A stretch of DNA of 63,962 nt, counting the filler, from Welwitschia mirabilis (taxonomy: Eukaryota): assembly GCA_051453625.1 (NCBI GenBank). It is 5 parts of one record of this genome, joined end to end, with 100 filler letters (N's around TTAATTAATTAA, not from the genome) between each part and the next. Parts side by side here need not be neighbours in the genome. Positions count along the whole stretch, not along the records: positions 61,288 to 63,962 come from JBOZIK010000001.1; 4 more parts are not named here. One strand, written 5' to 3'. Below the pieces are notes generated by a model, which saw nothing but the letters and a program-made list of their open reading frames with translations, was not told the DNA's origin and did not search any database. The translations under genes and the position numbers were made by a program. Numbering within the stretch: position 1 is the stretch's first letter; each line of letters begins with the position of its first letter. Shown here in pieces: positions 61,288 to 63,962 of the stretch.

Positions 61288-62979
61288 GGGACCTCTTAAC
61301 ATACTTAGCTTTTATGTGTCTAATAGATATTGTGGCCTAGTGACCAAGGGATTCACTATGATTCTAGTTTCCCATGTTGTATTTCATTTTATTATTGATT
61401 AAATGCATTTTATATCATATTTGCATTAGAGTCTTATTAGGGTAAAAGAGTTTGACCCTCAAGAGTTTATTTAGGCTAGGCGCTCCTTCTCAGAAAATCC
61501 TAAGGATCATGGTATTAAAGAATTATTTATTATAAGTTTATAGTACTTTTAATTATTTTTATTTATTTNNNNNNNNNNNNNNNNNNNNNNNNNNNNNNNN
61601 NNNNNNNNNNNNNNNNNNNNNNNNNNNNNNNNNNNNNNNNNNNNNNNNNNNNNNNNNNNNNNNNNNNNAAGAATTATTTATTATAAGTTTATAGTACTTT
61701 TAATTATTTTTATTTATTTATAATAAAAATTCATAGTCAATTTAATTGATTTGATGTCTATAAATTAGTATGATTTCTCTTATTCTCAGTTTAGACAAAG
61801 TTTATCGTTTGTTCTTTTAAGTCAAGCAAATTAATAAAGTTATAAATCATTTAATACTAAGTAAAATTTTATAAATTTTTTTTATAGGTCTATAATTATG
61901 TTAGAAAGTTAAAGTTTTAAAAAAGTAATTTTTTAGGATTAAAATAATTTTTAAAATTTATTTTATAAAACTATCTTAGAATTTATAAGCAAAAAACAGT
62001 AAGTAAAAAGTTTCAGTTTTTAGAATTTACAAAGACTTTGGGTAAAAATGGAATAGTCCAAGTTGTAGAGAGTTGAATAAGCATTCCAAAAAGTATTTAC
62101 TTATTGAAAAAATCAAGTATATTAAAAGGTATAACCATTTTAGTGAAGGGTATTCATTTAGTAATTCAATAACTTAGGCAATTTTTTTGGTTTAATGTTT
62201 GACCATATAAAATATATATAGGCTATTTTAAACTTATTAAAATTAGTTTTAGGAATAGTGTAATGAGTCTAGGTTAAGAAAGTCAAGTCTATTTTATCTT
62301 TACAGTTTTAAATAATTAATTGTAAATTTTTAGTTCTAATGTCTTCTAAAACGTAAGAAAATTTGTAATTAATTTTAATAATTATAGAAATTATCTAATG
62401 CAAGTACCAAATTGTTTTAAATATTAGTTTTGATTTATAATTAAGTTATGTTTATTTTTCTATCCTTTTTATATACTTTTAATTGAAATTTAGGCTCTTA
62501 TTCTTTCCTTTCATGCATAAACATTATGAATGTCTACTTAATAATTCTAGAGATGTATTGCCTAATTAATTAAATTCATTAATATTTTTTTAATAAGATA
62601 TCCATATATTTTACCTATCTCTATTTTTATGTAGACACTTATCAATGATAAAGGGGATTTTCAAGCTGACTTAGTTTCTTAAATGGAGCATGTCTTTTTT
62701 ACGATAGAACTTGGATGTGTTAATGTGTCTTATTTGAAAGAATTACTATAATGTAGAAAAATAAAGAGATGTTTTATTTCATTTATTTTCATTACTAAAA
62801 TTTAAAAAATGTATTATTTTATTTTATGAAAAACCAAAAAGATGATCGTACATTATATTTTTCTTCTGTATGATTATCTACTTAAAACAAATCCAATGAT
62901 GATTAGATTTATTTTTAATAGGTAAACAATTCATTAAATATCCATATTTGTATGTTTGCATTTGTATGGTGTATTCATT

Positions 62980-63500
62980 CAAGTAAACCAAGATAATCTT
63001 AATAATTATTCATCCCCATACTTGGATTTCATCACCAATGTGGATTGCATTATACTTTTATTTCCAAACCCTTCTGGAACTGGATTTGATTACCACTATT
63101 CTACCCTCCCCATGCATGGAGTTACTCCGACTTAATATCTCAAGCCCTTGGTATCAAAGGATCATGTTGTACCATCTTGTAATGCTTCAAGAAATTGGGG
63201 GTCACTTGTAAGCATGCATCCACCTGACATACTGCCTGTCACCTATATTGGGAGTATTTCGAGGTGAAGTTTAAGCCTATGGAGTTGAGACCAGTCATCT
63301 TTCTATAGTTTAGAACCTGAAGTAAAACCAAATCATGTTTGGAGGGTGGCCAAATATCGAGTTGGAATGCTATTAATAGGAGATGCAACCTCTTATTATA
63401 TTAGTTAGGCACTATCCTAAAACTTATCCATTGTATGTGATAGAACAAGTTAACATCCCATCAAATTTATACAAGATATTTTATGTGGCAAAAAAAAAGT
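62980..63500 (+). mobile_element. L1-type LINE RT-thumb fragment
   Basis: LPVTYIG (cf. LPxxYLG), then IILVRHYPKTYPLYVIEQVNIP. Confidence 0.5.
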
Positions 63501-63708
63501 TAGAAATAAATATAAGACACAATTTTGACATCATTATTGCATTCAAACCAAAAGGGTCTATAGTTAAGTAATAATTATGTTATCTAATTATTTAATATGT
63601 TAATAGAGTCTAAATAGGATTTAATCCTAGGCTCCGTTGTGCATGTTAGTTAATAATGCTTTAAAAGGGGAAAAAAATAGTAGTTAATTAGGGTAATTAA
63701 AGTTAGAA

Positions 63709-63730
63709 TGTTACATAATGGTATTAGAGC
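63709..63730 (+). promoter_or_regulatory. LTR end (TGTTACA) with a tRNA-iMet PBS, suggesting a chromovirus-like LTR upstream
   Basis: TGTTACA-TAA-TGGTATTAGAGC. The upstream AT-rich sequence may be the decayed LTR. Confidence 0.5.
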
Positions 63731-63962
63731 TTAGGTAACTTAAATCGTATCTATGTTAATTACTTGAAAATAAATTTGCTTACGTCCAATTTAAAGCTAA
63801 CTGCTAATTAACTAAAAATTAATTATATTCATGATAATCCTTATTCCTAAAGTAATTATAGAATTAATTATCTCATAAGCATTCCAAGTCATAAATAATT
63901 ATGGAATTAATTATATTTATAGTTACCTTAATTAACTAATAATAATGAAGTAAATTATACCT

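Overview
AT-rich land-plant nuclear DNA. The window is a concatenation of five assembly pieces (1-20647, 20748-38429, 38530-58027, 58128-61187, 61288-63962) joined by artificial 100-bp N44-TTAATTAATTAA-N44 linkers. Most of it is decayed, often nested transposons: Athila-like Gypsy elements, Copia elements (one complete, with an ATAGT TSD, inside a hAT DNA transposon), L1-type LINEs and solo LTRs. Host-gene content is limited to two exons of a HAD-like hydrolase and the last exon of a TVP38/TMEM64 (SNARE-associated Golgi) gene. Two things stand out. (1) A 5'-truncated Penelope-like retroelement (PLE) reverse transcriptase (42725-44428, minus strand) has no C-terminal GIY-YIG endonuclease and is followed by a type I hammerhead-ribozyme fold (42454-42509). 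Both sit co-oriented inside a pol-less Athila-like LTR element. (2) A chimeric, apparently intronless pseudogene (about 60083-61187, minus strand) joins the N-terminal kinase lobe of an SRPK directly to an 11S legumin-like cupin fragment and then to a third, unidentified coding fragment. All family assignments come from manual translation and motif recognition, not from database searches.
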